A DNA stretch of 64,000 nucleotides from positions 11,568 to 75,567 of the forward strand of contig JBCKTZ010000002.1 of assembly GCA_038925245.1 (NCBI GenBank), in the 5' to 3' direction. The position numbers and the translations under genes were made by a program. Origin of the DNA: Gallionellaceae bacterium. Lineage in GTDB: Bacteria > Pseudomonadota > Gammaproteobacteria > Burkholderiales > Gallionellaceae. Each line of letters opens with the position of its first letter. The stretch's first letter is position 1. Shown piece by piece: positions 25,321 to 36,939 of the stretch. The notes beneath the pieces were generated by a model. The model was not told the origin of the DNA. It did not search any database and was given only the letters and a program-made list of their open reading frames with translations.

Positions 25321-27575
25321 TAAGCAGCTACGACTTCTTCTTTTTCAAATTCCAGTACCACTTTGCCATCCTTTACATCAACAGTGACTTTGCCGCCACT
25401 GGCTAGGCGTCCAAACAGCAGTTCGTCTGCCAGTGCACTGCGAATAGTATCCTGAATCAATCTAGCCATCGGACGTGCGCCCATTAGCGGATCGAAGCCT
25501 TTTTCGGACAGATAATCTTTCAGTGCATCGGTGAAGACAGCATCCACTTTCTTCTCGTGCAATTGCTCTTCCAGCTGCATCAGGAATTTGTCCACCACGC
25601 GCAGGATCACTTCTTTACCTAGCGGTGCAAAGGAGATGGTCGCATCCAGACGGTTGCGGAATTCCGGGGTGAACATGCGCTTGATGTCAGCCATTTCATC
25701 ACCGCCGGAAGCTGTCTTGGTAAAGCCGATCTGTACTTTGTTCAGTGCTTCTGAACCGGCATTGGTGGTCATGATGATGACCACGTTACGGAAGTCCGCT
25801 TTGCGCCCGTTGTTGTCGGTGAGGGTGCCGTGATCCATCACTTGCAGCAGGATGTTAAAGATGTCGGGGTGGGCTTTTTCAATTTCATCCAGCAACAGCA
25901 CGCAATGCGGCTGCTTGGTGATGGCTTCGGTAAGCAGGCCGCCCTGTTCAAAGCCGACATAGCCGGGAGGTGCGCCGATCAAACGTGACACGGCATGGCG
26001 CTCCATGTATTCCGACATATCGAAGCGATGGATAGGCATCCCCATGACGAAAGCGAGCTGGCGCGCCACTTCGGTCTTGCCTACGCCGGTAGGGCCTGAG
26101 AACAGGAAGCTGCCGATGGGCTTTTGCGGGTTGCCCAATCCGCTGCGCGACATCTTGATGGCGCGTGTCAGCACTTCGATTGCGGCATGCTGGCCAAACA
26201 CCACGGCTTTGAGATCGCGTTCCAGCGTCTTCAAGGTGTTGCGATCGTCATGCGACACGGTGCGTGCTGGGATGCGTGCAATCTTGGCGATGATCTCTTC
26301 AATCTCATGCTTGCCGATGATTTTTTTCTGTTTGGACTTGGGCAGGATGCGCTGCGCGGCACCGGCTTCGTCCAGCACGTCGATCGCCTTGTCGGGCAGA
26401 TGCCTGTCATTGATGAAGCGTGCGGCTAGTTCCGCTGCGCTGGAGATCGCTGCAGCGCTGTATTTGACGCTGTGGTGACTTTCGTACCGCGATTTCAGTC
26501 CTTTCAGAATTTCTATTGTCTCCTCTACTGAAGGTTCCGGAACGTCCACTTTCTGGAAGCGTCGCGACAGTGCATGATCTTTCTCGAAAATGCCGCGATA
26601 TTCCTGATAAGTGGTTGCGCCTATGCATTTAAGTGCGCCGCTGGAGAGAGAGGGCTTGAGTAGGTTGGACGCATCCATGGTGCCGCCGGACGCAGCGCCC
26701 GCACCGATGATGGTGTGAATTTCATCAATGAATAGAATAGCATTGGGAGCAGCAGCCAGTTCCTTAAGCACCGCTTTCAAGCGCTGTTCGAAGTCGCCGC
26801 GATATTTGGTACCCGCCAGCAAGGCGCCGATATCGAGTGAGTAGACGTGAGCATCTTTCAGGATGTCCGGCACATTGCCTTCGGTAATACGTCGTGCCAG
26901 TCCTTCTGCAATCGCAGTCTTACCCACGCCGGCCTCGCCAACCAGTAGCGGATTATTTTTGCGGCGACGGCAAAGAGTTTGAATGACGCGCTCCAGTTCA
27001 ATGTCGCGGCCAATCAAGGGGTCGATTTTGCCTGCGAATGCCTGCGCATTGAGATCAAGGGTGTAGCTCTTTAATGCGCTGTCGTCATTTTGTTCTTGCG
27101 CCACTTCTGGTTCGGCAACCGGCTTGGCATTGCTGACTTCGGCCGTTTTGTTGATGCCATGGGCTATGTAATTAACCACGTCCAAGCGTGTGATGCCACG
27201 CTGGTGCAGGAAATACACTGCATGAGATTCCTTTTCACCAAACAGGGCGACCAGAATATTGGCACCGGTCACTTCCTTCTTGCTGGAAGATTGCACGTGT
27301 AGGATTGCACGTTGAATAACGCGCTGAAAACCAACAGTAGGCTGGGTTTCGACATCGGTATTGCCGGCCGACCTGGGTGTGTGCGTATCAATATGATTAG
27401 CCAGCACTGTGCGTAACTCTTCTATATCTGCACCACAGGCACGTAGAACATGTGCGGCCGAAGGATTGTCCAGCATGGCAAGCAGTAAATGCTCCACAGT
27501 AATAAATTCGTGCCGCTTCTGGCGCGCCTCAACAAAAGCCAAATGCAGGCTTACTTCCAATTCTTGCGCGATCAT
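25320..27575 (-). CDS. clpA: ATP-dependent Clp protease ATP-binding subunit ClpA
   Basis: 751 aa with two AAA+ modules ([16 protein letters not shown]) and a ClpA N-domain. It lies downstream of clpS. Confidence 0.95.
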   Translation of the reverse strand: MIAQELEVSLHLAFVEARQKRHEFITVEHLLLAMLDNPSAAHVLRACGADIEELRTVLANHIDTHTPRSAGNTDVETQPTVGFQRVIQRAILHVQSSSKKEVTGANILVALFGEKESHAVYFLHQRGITRLDVVNYIAHGINKTAEVSNAKPVAEPEVAQEQNDDSALKSYTLDLNAQAFAGKIDPLIGRDIELERVIQTLCRRRKNNPLLVGEAGVGKTAIAEGLARRITEGNVPDILKDAHVYSLDIGALLAGTKYRGDFEQRLKAVLKELAAAPNAILFIDEIHTIIGAGAASGGTMDASNLLKPSLSSGALKCIGATTYQEYRGIFEKDHALSRRFQKVDVPEPSVEETIEILKGLKSRYESHHSVKYSAAAISSAAELAARFINDRHLPDKAIDVLDEAGAAQRILPKSKQKKIIGKHEIEEIIAKIARIPARTVSHDDRNTLKTLERDLKAVVFGQHAAIEVLTRAIKMSRSGLGNPQKPIGSFLFSGPTGVGKTEVARQLAFVMGMPIHRFDMSEYMERHAVSRLIGAPPGYVGFEQGGLLTEAITKQPHCVLLLDEIEKAHPDIFNILLQVMDHGTLTDNNGRKADFRNVVIIMTTNAGSEALNKVQIGFTKTASGGDEMADIKRMFTPEFRNRLDATISFAPLGKEVILRVVDKFLMQLEEQLHEKKVDAVFTDALKDYLSEKGFDPLMGARPMARLIQDTIRSALADELLFGRLASGGKVTVDVKDGKVVLEFEKEEVVAA

Positions 27576-27576
27576 A

Positions 27577-27885
27577 TTAATTTTCCTCCAAAATACATCT
27601 AAGCGGGTGTCCGTTTTCTATTGCAAATGCTGTGACCTGTGCTACTTTCGATTCGGCTGTATCTTTGGGATAAACCCCGCAGACTGCAGAGCCCTCAGCG
27701 TGAACTTTAAGCATGACTTGCATGGCGCGTTCCCTGCCCATTGCGAAAAATGTTTGCAAAACCGTCACCACAAAAACCATGGTTGAGTAATCATCATTCA
27801 GCAGCATAACCTTGTATAGCTTTGGGGGCTTGGGTTTGATGCGCTCAACCTCAAGCAAGGTCGTACTTTCGTGTTTCGTCGTCAT
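27577..27885 (-). CDS. clpS: ATP-dependent Clp protease adaptor ClpS
   Basis: 102 aa with the core KVMLLNDDYSTMVFVV...A...VH..G, immediately upstream of clpA. Confidence 0.93.
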   Translation of the reverse strand: MTTKHESTTLLEVERIKPKPPKLYKVMLLNDDYSTMVFVVTVLQTFFAMGRERAMQVMLKVHAEGSAVCGVYPKDTAESKVAQVTAFAIENGHPLRCILEEN

Positions 27886-28020
27886 GGCTATATTGTCACA
27901 TTATTAAGTGACATTATCTGAGGATTAAGACATTTTTTTCAAGCTTATTCTGAAGAAATATAAAAATTTTCATTTAAGGCTTGACTGTTTTGCTAGAACT
28001 AGCGTAAAAAGCGTGTGGGT

Positions 28021-28107
28021 GTTTGAATCAAAGTATCTGCAGTACTGGTTTTGCCATGCGCGGGATGGAAAATTCAAACGGTTTGACGGGAATCCACCCG
28101 TTTTTTT
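28021..28107 (+). promoter_or_regulatory. structured cspA-family 5' leader with a terminator-like hairpin plus T7 run just before the RBS
   Basis: GTTTGAAT (28021-28028) pairs with ATTCAAAC (28072-28079). ACGGG/CCCGT (28086-28101) is followed by TTTTTTT (28101-28107), and the ATG is at 28125. Confidence 0.45.
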
Positions 28108-28124
28108 AGTAAGGAAGTTTTAAC

Positions 28125-28328
28125 ATGGCAAACGGTACAGTTAAGTGGTTCAATGATGCAAAAGGCTTTGGCTTTATCACTCCGGATGATGGTAGCGAAG
28201 ATCTTTTCGCGCACTTTTCCGCAATCAATATGAGCGGTTTCAAGTCGCTGAAAGAAGGCCAGAAGGTTACCTTTGATATCGTTCAAGGTCCTAAAGGCAA
28301 GCAAGCTTCAAACATCCAGGCTCCTTAA
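28125..28328 (+). CDS. cspA: cold-shock protein, CspA family
   Basis: 67 aa. [15 protein letters not shown] (RNP1) and DLFAHFS (RNP2-like). Confidence 0.93.
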   Translation: MANGTVKWFNDAKGFGFITPDDGSEDLFAHFSAINMSGFKSLKEGQKVTFDIVQGPKGKQASNIQAP

Positions 28329-28353
28329 TCAGGTTCTTGGCTGGATAAGCTGA

Positions 28354-28377
28354 AGCCCGCAACCGCGGGCTTTTTTT
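28354..28377 (+). terminator. rho-independent terminator of the csp gene
   Basis: GCCCGC-AACC-GCGGGC followed by TTTTTTT. Confidence 0.75.
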
Positions 28378-28513
28378 CGTCTATATTTTGGTGCTCATTA
28401 GTCTCGCTAAACATGAAGCATTTCACCTTGGTGTGCCATCATCAGTCGTGCAAAGCCATGGGTGACTGCGGTTTCGGACAGAATTACTTTAAAGCCGGAT
28501 TGCCCATCAGCTT

Positions 28514-28690
28514 CGTCATTCCCGCGCAGGCGGGAATCCAGCAATAAAACGCGCTGCGAAGCAGGCAGAGGCAGGGTCGCACGCAGTGCGGGTACCCAAC
28601 AGCGTACCCCTTGCGGGTGCAAAACCGCCATGCCGTCCCGCTTCGCGGGGGTGTCAATCAACTGGATTCCCGCCTGCGCGGGAATGACGA
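28514..28690. repeat. dRS3-like palindromic element (family B), copy 2, opposite orientation and longer
   Basis: CGTCATTCCCGCGCAGGCGGGAATCCAGC ... CTGGATTCCCGCCTGCGCGGGAATGACGA. The internal GTCCCGCTTCGCGGGG is the inverse of copy 1. Confidence 0.7.
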
Positions 28691-28728
28691 GCTTTTCGTC
28701 TAATGAGCAGTCTAGGTTAAAGATGAGC

Positions 28729-30966
<2,238 letters not shown>

Positions 30967-30991
30967 TTAATGATTTGTAACAATTTCTTCG

Positions 30992-31145
30992 TATAATCCT
31001 AAAAACGGCAGTTGTCCGCAGATTACACATCAAGTTGTTCGTACAGTCTGACTCACCAAATGGGTGAGCTGGATTTTTCGGTTTTTTGCTTTTTAATCAA
31101 TCTAATCTGCGTAATCTGCGGATCGAACTGCTTTTTCTAGGATAA
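30992..31145. repeat. ~150-bp inverted-repeat element in the icd / rluE divergent intergenic region
   Basis: TATAATCCTAAAAACGGCAGTTGTCCGCAGATTAC (30992-31026) against GTAATCTGCGGATCGAACTGCTTTTTCTAGGATAA (31111-31145). An internal hairpin CTCACC/GGTGAG is followed by T-runs. Confidence 0.55.
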
Positions 31146-31200
31146 TTCATGCCAGCTTGCTGGCTAAGCATGATAAAAAATTTTGGAAAAAGAAAATGAA

Positions 31201-31752
31201 ATGAGCCGCGTCCTGCTATTTAATAAACCGTTTGGAGTTGTTTGCCAGTTCAGTCGAGATGGCTTGCACCCGACTTTGGCCGATTATATCGCGCTTCCTG
31301 ATTTTTATCCTGCCGGCCGACTGGACACAGATAGTGAAGGTCTGTTGCTGCTTACCGACGATGGAAAATTGCAACACTTGATTACTGACCCGCGTCATAA
31401 ACTGGCGAAAACCTATTGGGTGCAAGTAGAAGGTGTACCGGATGAAGAGGCGCTTGTAAAGTTGCGTAAAGGCATAGACCTCAAGGATTTTATCACCTTG
31501 CCGGCAGAGGTAAGGTGCATAGTAGAGCCCGCAGGGATATGGCCGCGTAACCCGCCTGTCCGGGAACGCAAGGCCATACCGACCAGCTGGCTGCAACTCA
31601 TTATTCGTGAAGGTAAAAACCGTCAAGTGCGCCGTATGACGGCCGCAGTAGGCTTGCCTACACTGCGTTTGATTCGCTATAGCATAGGCGAGTGGACCTT
31701 GGATGGAATTGCGCCTGGTATGTGGCGTGAGCAAGCTGCGCATTCTGTCTGA
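31201..31752 (+). CDS. rluE: rRNA pseudouridine synthase, RluE-like (RsuA family)
   Basis: LLFNKPFGVVCQF...GRLDTDSEGLLLLTDDG (catalytic Asp motif), with no S4 domain. The start is set at ATG 31201. Confidence 0.8.
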   Translation: MSRVLLFNKPFGVVCQFSRDGLHPTLADYIALPDFYPAGRLDTDSEGLLLLTDDGKLQHLITDPRHKLAKTYWVQVEGVPDEEALVKLRKGIDLKDFITLPAEVRCIVEPAGIWPRNPPVRERKAIPTSWLQLIIREGKNRQVRRMTAAVGLPTLRLIRYSIGEWTLDGIAPGMWREQAAHSV

Positions 31753-31810
31753 AGGTTGTAGTTCCTGCCACGATCCCCATTTTGAACGTCTTCCACATGT
31801 GTTTGCATTA

Positions 31811-31903
31811 ACAGGTGTGGGGAATTGCATTATGCGTTTGTACAGTTGAGTGTGGGGACTTGCCCTATGCGACCCGGCAGTTAAGTGTGGGGTATAATAT
31901 GCG
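31811..31903. repeat. three tandem ~33-nt repeats (CAGTTrAGTGTGGGGa...TATGCG); the third overlaps a TATAAT box
   Basis: Copies at 31811-31836, 31842-31871 and 31878-31903, upstream of the FmdB-like gene. Confidence 0.6.
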
Positions 31904-31944
31904 CCCTTTAGGTTTTAGCTTTTTTTGTATCAGGAGATATCCCC

Positions 31945-32172
31945 TTGGCAATTTATTTATATCGCTGCAGTAGTTGCGGCTCGGAAAATGATGAAATCCA
32001 GAAAATGAGCGATGCGCCGCTTACCACTTGCCCTGCCTGTGGTAAGGAGACCTACGCCAAACAAATTTCGTCAGCTGGTTTTCAGCTCAAAGGTGACGGA
32101 TATTACGTGACCGATTTCAAGAACTCTGGCAATAAAACTGAAGCCAAACCAGTTGCGGCGGCAAGTAAGTGA
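31945..32172 (+). CDS. FmdB-family zinc-ribbon protein
   Basis: YRCSSCG...CPACG double CxxC motif in the typical N-terminal arrangement. TTG start. Confidence 0.8.
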   Translation: MAIYLYRCSSCGSENDEIQKMSDAPLTTCPACGKETYAKQISSAGFQLKGDGYYVTDFKNSGNKTEAKPVAAASK

Positions 32173-32786
32173 AAAAGTATCTGCTGACCGGCCTGCTGGT
32201 CTGGGTTCCACTTGGCATTACAGCCTGGGTTCTGAGTATTGTCATTGGCATGTTGGACCAGAGCCTGTTGCTGTTGCCAGAGCATTGGCGTCCGGAATAT
32301 TGGCTGGGATTTTATATTCCCGGACTTGGCGTAATACTGACCGTGTTGGTACTGCTAGTCACGGGCTTGATTGTGCGCAATGTGTTAGGCAAGCAATTGC
32401 TGCATTATTGGGAAGGCATCCTGCACCGCATTCCCTTCGTCAACGCCATTTACAAAAGCGTAAAGCAAGTTAGTGACACCTTATTGAAAGGCGACAATAA
32501 AGCCTTTGGCAAGGTATTGCTGGTGCGCTATCCGCATGCCGAGGCTTGGTCGCTGGCGTTTCAAACGACCGTACCGGGCGGGGTGGCACAGAAAATAGGT
32601 GATGAATATGTGGGCGTCTTTATCCCTACAACGCCCAGTCCGCTTAATGGTTTTTATTTCTTTGTGCGTAAAGCCGACACCATCGAAGTGGATATCAGCG
32701 TGGACGTGGCTTTTAAATCCATTATCTCCATGGGAGCGGTTGCTTCTGCTGAAACAGCAGCGGCCAATGTAATCCCCAAGCCCTAA
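32169..32786 (+). CDS. DUF502-family membrane protein
   Basis: Two N-terminal TM helices plus conserved ...PFVNAIYKSVKQV... and ...TTPSPLNGFYFFV... motifs. Confidence 0.8.
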   Translation: MKKYLLTGLLVWVPLGITAWVLSIVIGMLDQSLLLLPEHWRPEYWLGFYIPGLGVILTVLVLLVTGLIVRNVLGKQLLHYWEGILHRIPFVNAIYKSVKQVSDTLLKGDNKAFGKVLLVRYPHAEAWSLAFQTTVPGGVAQKIGDEYVGVFIPTTPSPLNGFYFFVRKADTIEVDISVDVAFKSIISMGAVASAETAAANVIPKP

Positions 32787-32819
32787 TTTTTTTTATTTAT
32801 TTTTTAGCAAAGAACTTTC

Positions 32820-34613
32820 ATGCGTACACATTATTGCGGGCAATTAAACGCCACTCACCTTGGTAAAACCGTCTCATTATGCGGCTGGGCACATCGCCGC
32901 CGTGATCATGGCGGGGTGATTTTTATTGATCTGCGCGACCGTGAAGGATTGGCTCAGATCGTGTGTAATCCAGAGCCTGCAGAGATGTTTAAAATTGCCG
33001 AGTCAGTGCGCAATGAATTCGTTTTGCGTGTTACCGGCAAGGTACGTCGCCGTCCTGAAGGTTCCGAGAATGCGAATCTGGCCAGTGGCGAAATTGAATT
33101 GGTATGTCAGGAAATTGAAGTGCTCAATGCTTCCGTCACGCCACCGTTCCAGCTGGATGATGAAAATCTGTCTGAAAACGTGCGTCTGACCCACCGCGTT
33201 ATTGACCTGCGCCGTCCTTACATGCAAAAGAACATGATGCTGCGATACAAAACCGCACGCGCTTTCCGCCGCTTCCTGGATGATGCCGGTTTTATAGATA
33301 TCGAAACCCCGATGTTGACTAAATCAACACCTGAAGGTGCTCGCGATTACCTAGTGCCCTCCCGGGTTCATGCAGGCGAATTTTTCGCCTTGCCGCAATC
33401 GCCACAACTGTTCAAGCAACTGTTGATGGTGGCGGGTTTTGACCGCTATTACCAGATCACCAAATGTTTCCGCGATGAAGACCTGCGCGCCGATCGCCAG
33501 CCTGAATTCACCCAGGTGGATATTGAAACTTCATTTATGTCTGAAGAGCAAATCATGGTTCTTGCCGAAGAAATGATCCGCACAGTCTTTGATGAAGTGA
33601 TGAACGTAAAACTGCCCAATCCTTTCCCGCGTATCACTTACCAGGAAGCGATGGCACGCTTTGGTTCCGACAAGCCGGATATGCGTGTGACGCTGGAAAT
33701 CACTGACGTCACCGACGCGGTGAAAGATGTGTCGTTCAAAGTATTTGCTACCGTGGCGAATCAGCCTAATGGCCGTGTGGCTGCTATGCGCATCCCTAAT
33801 GGTGCGGCGTTTACTCGTGGCGAGATCGACGAGTACACCAAATTCGTCAGCATTTATGGCGCCAAAGGACTGGCTTACATCAAGGTCAATGATGTGACGC
33901 AGTTGAATGAAACCGGCTTGCAGTCACCCATCGTCAAAAATCTCAGTGAAGCTGCGCTGCTTACCATTATGGAACGCACAGGCGCACAAAATGGCGACCT
34001 GATTTTCTTCGGCGCCGACAAGGAAAAAGTTGTGTACGACGCCTTGGGCGCATTGCGCAACAAAATCGGCCACGAAAAGGGCTACGTCAACGGCAAAGCG
34101 TGGGAGCCAATCTGGGTAGTCGATTTCCCCATGTTCGAATATGACGACGAAGCGAAACGCTGGAATGCCTGTCACCATCCTTTCACCGCGCCCAAAGATG
34201 AAGATCTGCAATACCTGGAAACTGCCCCCGGTAGATGCCTGGCCAAAGCCTATGACCTGGCCCTCAATGGCTGGGAAATGGGCGGTGGCTCAGTGCGTAT
34301 CCACAAGGTAGAAGTGCAGAGCCAGGTATTTCGTGCGCTCAATATTGATGCAGAAGAAGCGCAACTTAAATTCGGCTTCCTGCTGGATGCCCTGCAATAC
34401 GGTGCGCCACCGCACGGTGGCTTGGCCTTCGGTCTGGATCGTATTGTCACCATGATGACCGGTGCCGAATCAATCCGCGATGTAATTGCTTTCCCAAAAA
34501 CCCAACGTGCGCAATGTCTATTGACTCAGGCACCGAGTGCGGTGGATGAAAAGCAGTTGCGTGAACTGCATATTCGTCTGCGTCAGCCTGCAGCAGAAAC
34601 GCCTAAAAACTAA
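32820..34613 (+). CDS. aspS: aspartate--tRNA ligase
   Basis: 597 aa. Class II motifs ([31 protein letters not shown]-type) and an OB N-domain. Confidence 0.96.
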   Translation: MRTHYCGQLNATHLGKTVSLCGWAHRRRDHGGVIFIDLRDREGLAQIVCNPEPAEMFKIAESVRNEFVLRVTGKVRRRPEGSENANLASGEIELVCQEIEVLNASVTPPFQLDDENLSENVRLTHRVIDLRRPYMQKNMMLRYKTARAFRRFLDDAGFIDIETPMLTKSTPEGARDYLVPSRVHAGEFFALPQSPQLFKQLLMVAGFDRYYQITKCFRDEDLRADRQPEFTQVDIETSFMSEEQIMVLAEEMIRTVFDEVMNVKLPNPFPRITYQEAMARFGSDKPDMRVTLEITDVTDAVKDVSFKVFATVANQPNGRVAAMRIPNGAAFTRGEIDEYTKFVSIYGAKGLAYIKVNDVTQLNETGLQSPIVKNLSEAALLTIMERTGAQNGDLIFFGADKEKVVYDALGALRNKIGHEKGYVNGKAWEPIWVVDFPMFEYDDEAKRWNACHHPFTAPKDEDLQYLETAPGRCLAKAYDLALNGWEMGGGSVRIHKVEVQSQVFRALNIDAEEAQLKFGFLLDALQYGAPPHGGLAFGLDRIVTMMTGAESIRDVIAFPKTQRAQCLLTQAPSAVDEKQLRELHIRLRQPAAETPKN

Positions 34614-34666
34614 GGTTGTTGCATTGGGCGTATGTCTCCCAGCAATCTTTGAGTAGGGGAAATGCA

Positions 34667-35077
34667 ATGAAGACGAAGTGGCTGAGCACAGGCTGTGTGA
34701 CAAAGTCTCCGTATTGGCTAGCGGTACTGCTGGCTGCCATACTGGCATTAGCAACACCACCAGCATCTGCTTACAACAATAATTCCTACAGCAATCCTGT
34801 ATTGCAGGAAGTTGCATTGCCTGCCTTGCCGGTGGAAGCCAAAGAGACCTTGCGCCTGATCAAACAGGGAGGGCCGTTTCCTTACTCGCGTGACGGACTT
34901 GTGTTTGGAAACCGCGAAAAGCTGCTACCCAAAAAACAGCGCGGCTATTATCATGAGTACACCGTAAAAACTCCGGGGGCACGCAATCGCGGCGCACGAC
35001 GTATTGTGTGCGGACAACCCCCCGATTGTTATTACAGCGACGACCATTACCAAACATTCAAATTGATTCGAGAGTAA
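34667..35077 (+). CDS. secreted guanyl-specific ribonuclease (barnase / RNase Sa, N1/T1 family)
   Basis: Signal-like N-terminus and the core PVEAKETLRLIKQGGPFPYSRDGLVFGNREKLLP...YYHEYTV...RGARRIV...YYSDDHYQTF. Confidence 0.8.
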   Translation: MKTKWLSTGCVTKSPYWLAVLLAAILALATPPASAYNNNSYSNPVLQEVALPALPVEAKETLRLIKQGGPFPYSRDGLVFGNREKLLPKKQRGYYHEYTVKTPGARNRGARRIVCGQPPDCYYSDDHYQTFKLIRE

Positions 35078-35090
35078 GGGGTGCTTGATC

Positions 35091-35486
35091 ATGGATCATC
35101 TTGCATTGCGTTTAAAGGATGTCAAAGAGGCGGGTGTCTACATGGTCACCTGCGAACTGGATGATGTGCGGGCTGCAGCCAATGAAGCGGGGTTTGTCTT
35201 ATTTGATGTCGATTTGACGGGTGTGCACAGCAAGAGCGAATTTCTCGCAGCAATTGCACAAAAGATTGAAGCACCGGAATGGTTCGGAAAAAATTGGGAC
35301 GCACTGGCAGATGCGCTTGCTGATCTGTCATGGAAAAATGCGCCGGGTTATGTGTTGCTATTGGCCAACTGTACTGCCAACTTCAACCTGCTGGCAAACG
35401 ATCACGAGGTCGCCAAGGATATTATGGCTTCCACGGTGGACTACTGGAAATCTCAGGGCAAGCCTTTCTGGATATTTTCATGCTGA
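35091..35486 (+). CDS. barstar-family ribonuclease inhibitor
   Basis: Immediately downstream of the RNase. The SEFLAAIAQKIEAPEWFGKNWDALADAL motif is typical of barstar-like proteins. Confidence 0.75.
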   Translation: MDHLALRLKDVKEAGVYMVTCELDDVRAAANEAGFVLFDVDLTGVHSKSEFLAAIAQKIEAPEWFGKNWDALADALADLSWKNAPGYVLLLANCTANFNLLANDHEVAKDIMASTVDYWKSQGKPFWIFSC

Positions 35487-35492
35487 ATAGCA

Positions 35493-35948
35493 ATGGCCTA
35501 TAAGCAGCCTGTTTCAGTCCTGGTGGTGATTTATACTTCAGCGCTCGAGGTTTTGTTGCTGGATAGAGCGGACCATCCCGGCTACTGGCAATCGATTACC
35601 GGCAGCCGCGACGATGATGAGCTGCTGAGCCACACTGCCGCACGAGAGGCCTTTGAAGAAACTGGGCTGATCGCAAAAAATTTCAAACTGAGCGACTGGC
35701 ATTACCAGAATGTATATGAAATATATCCTGTATGGCGCCATCGCTATGCGCCGGGAGTGACACAAAATACCGAACATGTATTCGGACTGGAATTGCCGGA
35801 GATTCAGCCGGTCATACTTTCACCGCGCGAACATTTGAATTACATCTGGTTGCCGTGGCAGGAAGCTGCTGCTAAGTGCTTCTCTCCCACCAATGGAGCG
35901 GCGATATTGCAGTTGCCAGAGCGGGTGAAAAATACAGGCCTCCCCTAG
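35493..35948 (+). CDS. nudB: dihydroneopterin triphosphate diphosphatase (NUDIX)
   Basis: YKQPVSVLVVIY...YWQSITGS...AAREAFEETG resembles NudB. Confidence 0.75.
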   Translation: MAYKQPVSVLVVIYTSALEVLLLDRADHPGYWQSITGSRDDDELLSHTAAREAFEETGLIAKNFKLSDWHYQNVYEIYPVWRHRYAPGVTQNTEHVFGLELPEIQPVILSPREHLNYIWLPWQEAAAKCFSPTNGAAILQLPERVKNTGLP

Positions 35949-36066
35949 CAGCCCGTCGGAATTAACTCTCAACTATTTGATTGATAAAGAAATTAAAATT
36001 ACTGCCGAAATATAAAATATTCAATATAATTAACATGTTATGTTTAGATGGCGTCTAAGTCCGACA

Positions 36067-36105
36067 CCCCGCTGGGGTTCTTGTCCTATGCGAAGCAGAG
36101 CGTAG
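36067..36105. repeat. family-E short repeat (CCCCGCTGGGGTTCTTGTCCTATGCGAAGCAGAGCGTAG)
   Basis: Recurs at 42753-42791 in the same orientation and at 25252-25292 inverted. Confidence 0.6.
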
Positions 36106-36222
36106 AGTAGGAGGCTGCTCGGGGTATTCTGATTGAAAAATTCTCACCCTGTTTGCAATGACCATGCGAATTTGTCGCGCCTACGAACCCATCAACTGAG
36201 GAATTTAGGATAAAGCGATAAC

Positions 36223-36705
36223 ATGAAAAAAATTTCTGTATTATTTTGTTGCATGGGCAATATCTGCCGCTCTCCCACAGCCGAGGCGGTGTTTCGAACA
36301 AGGGTAGAGGAGGCGGGGCTAGCACAACATATAGCGATCGATTCAGTGGGTACCCATGATTATCACATCGGCAATCCTCCGGACCTTCGCACACAGCGTG
36401 CAGCAAAACAGCGCGGCTACGATTTGAGCAACTTGCGGGGGCGGCAGGTTGAGGTGGTTGATTTTTCCCGGTTTGATTATGTGCTGGCGATGGACAATGC
36501 GAATATGGCGATCTTGCAAGGGCTATGTCCAGCAGTGCAACGTGATCGTCTGGAATTATTTCTGCAATATGCGCAGAGCCATCAGGAGACTGAAGTGCCT
36601 GATCCGTACTATGGAGGGGAAGATGGCTTTGAGAATGTGCTGGATATGGTAGAAGATGCCGCAGCGGGCTTACTGTTGCATATACAGAAACAACATCTCA
36701 GTTAG
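36223..36705 (+). CDS. low-molecular-weight protein-tyrosine phosphatase
   Basis: P-loop CMGNICRS (CX5R-S) near the N-terminus and a DPYYG motif. Confidence 0.88.
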   Translation: MKKISVLFCCMGNICRSPTAEAVFRTRVEEAGLAQHIAIDSVGTHDYHIGNPPDLRTQRAAKQRGYDLSNLRGRQVEVVDFSRFDYVLAMDNANMAILQGLCPAVQRDRLELFLQYAQSHQETEVPDPYYGGEDGFENVLDMVEDAAAGLLLHIQKQHLS

Positions 36706-36750
36706 TGCCTTGGAATACATCAAATGCCGGATAGAGTTGTTTGAGCATTG

Positions 36751-36816
36751 GTAGGGTGGATAAGCGCAGCGCATTCACCGAACGCATGGTGGATGCGCTG
36801 CGCTTATCCACCCTAC
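36751..36816. repeat. REP-like long hairpin (GTAGGGTGGATAAGCGCAGCGCAT ... ATGCGCTGCGCTTATCCACCCTAC)
   Basis: 24-bp perfect arms seen directly. Confidence 0.7.
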
Positions 36817-36893
36817 AAAAATTTATCCGCAGTTATAAATGTTACATGGTACTGGCAAGAGCCGAATCAGCAGAAATCGCGGCAATAAAAAAA

Positions 36894-36924
36894 CCCCGCA
36901 CAGCGTCAGCTGTGCGGGGTTTTT
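36894..36924. terminator. bidirectional rho-independent terminator between the PTP gene and rne
   Basis: CCCCGCACAGC-GTCA-GCTGTGCGGGG flanked by an A-run and a T-run. Confidence 0.75.
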
Positions 36925-36939
36925 AATGGATACTTAAGG

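Noticed and set aside
36741-36926. A 61-aa ORF (MSIGRVDKRSAFTERMVDALRLSTLQ...).
   Set aside because: It is the translation of the REP-like hairpin at 36751-36816 and runs into the terminator.
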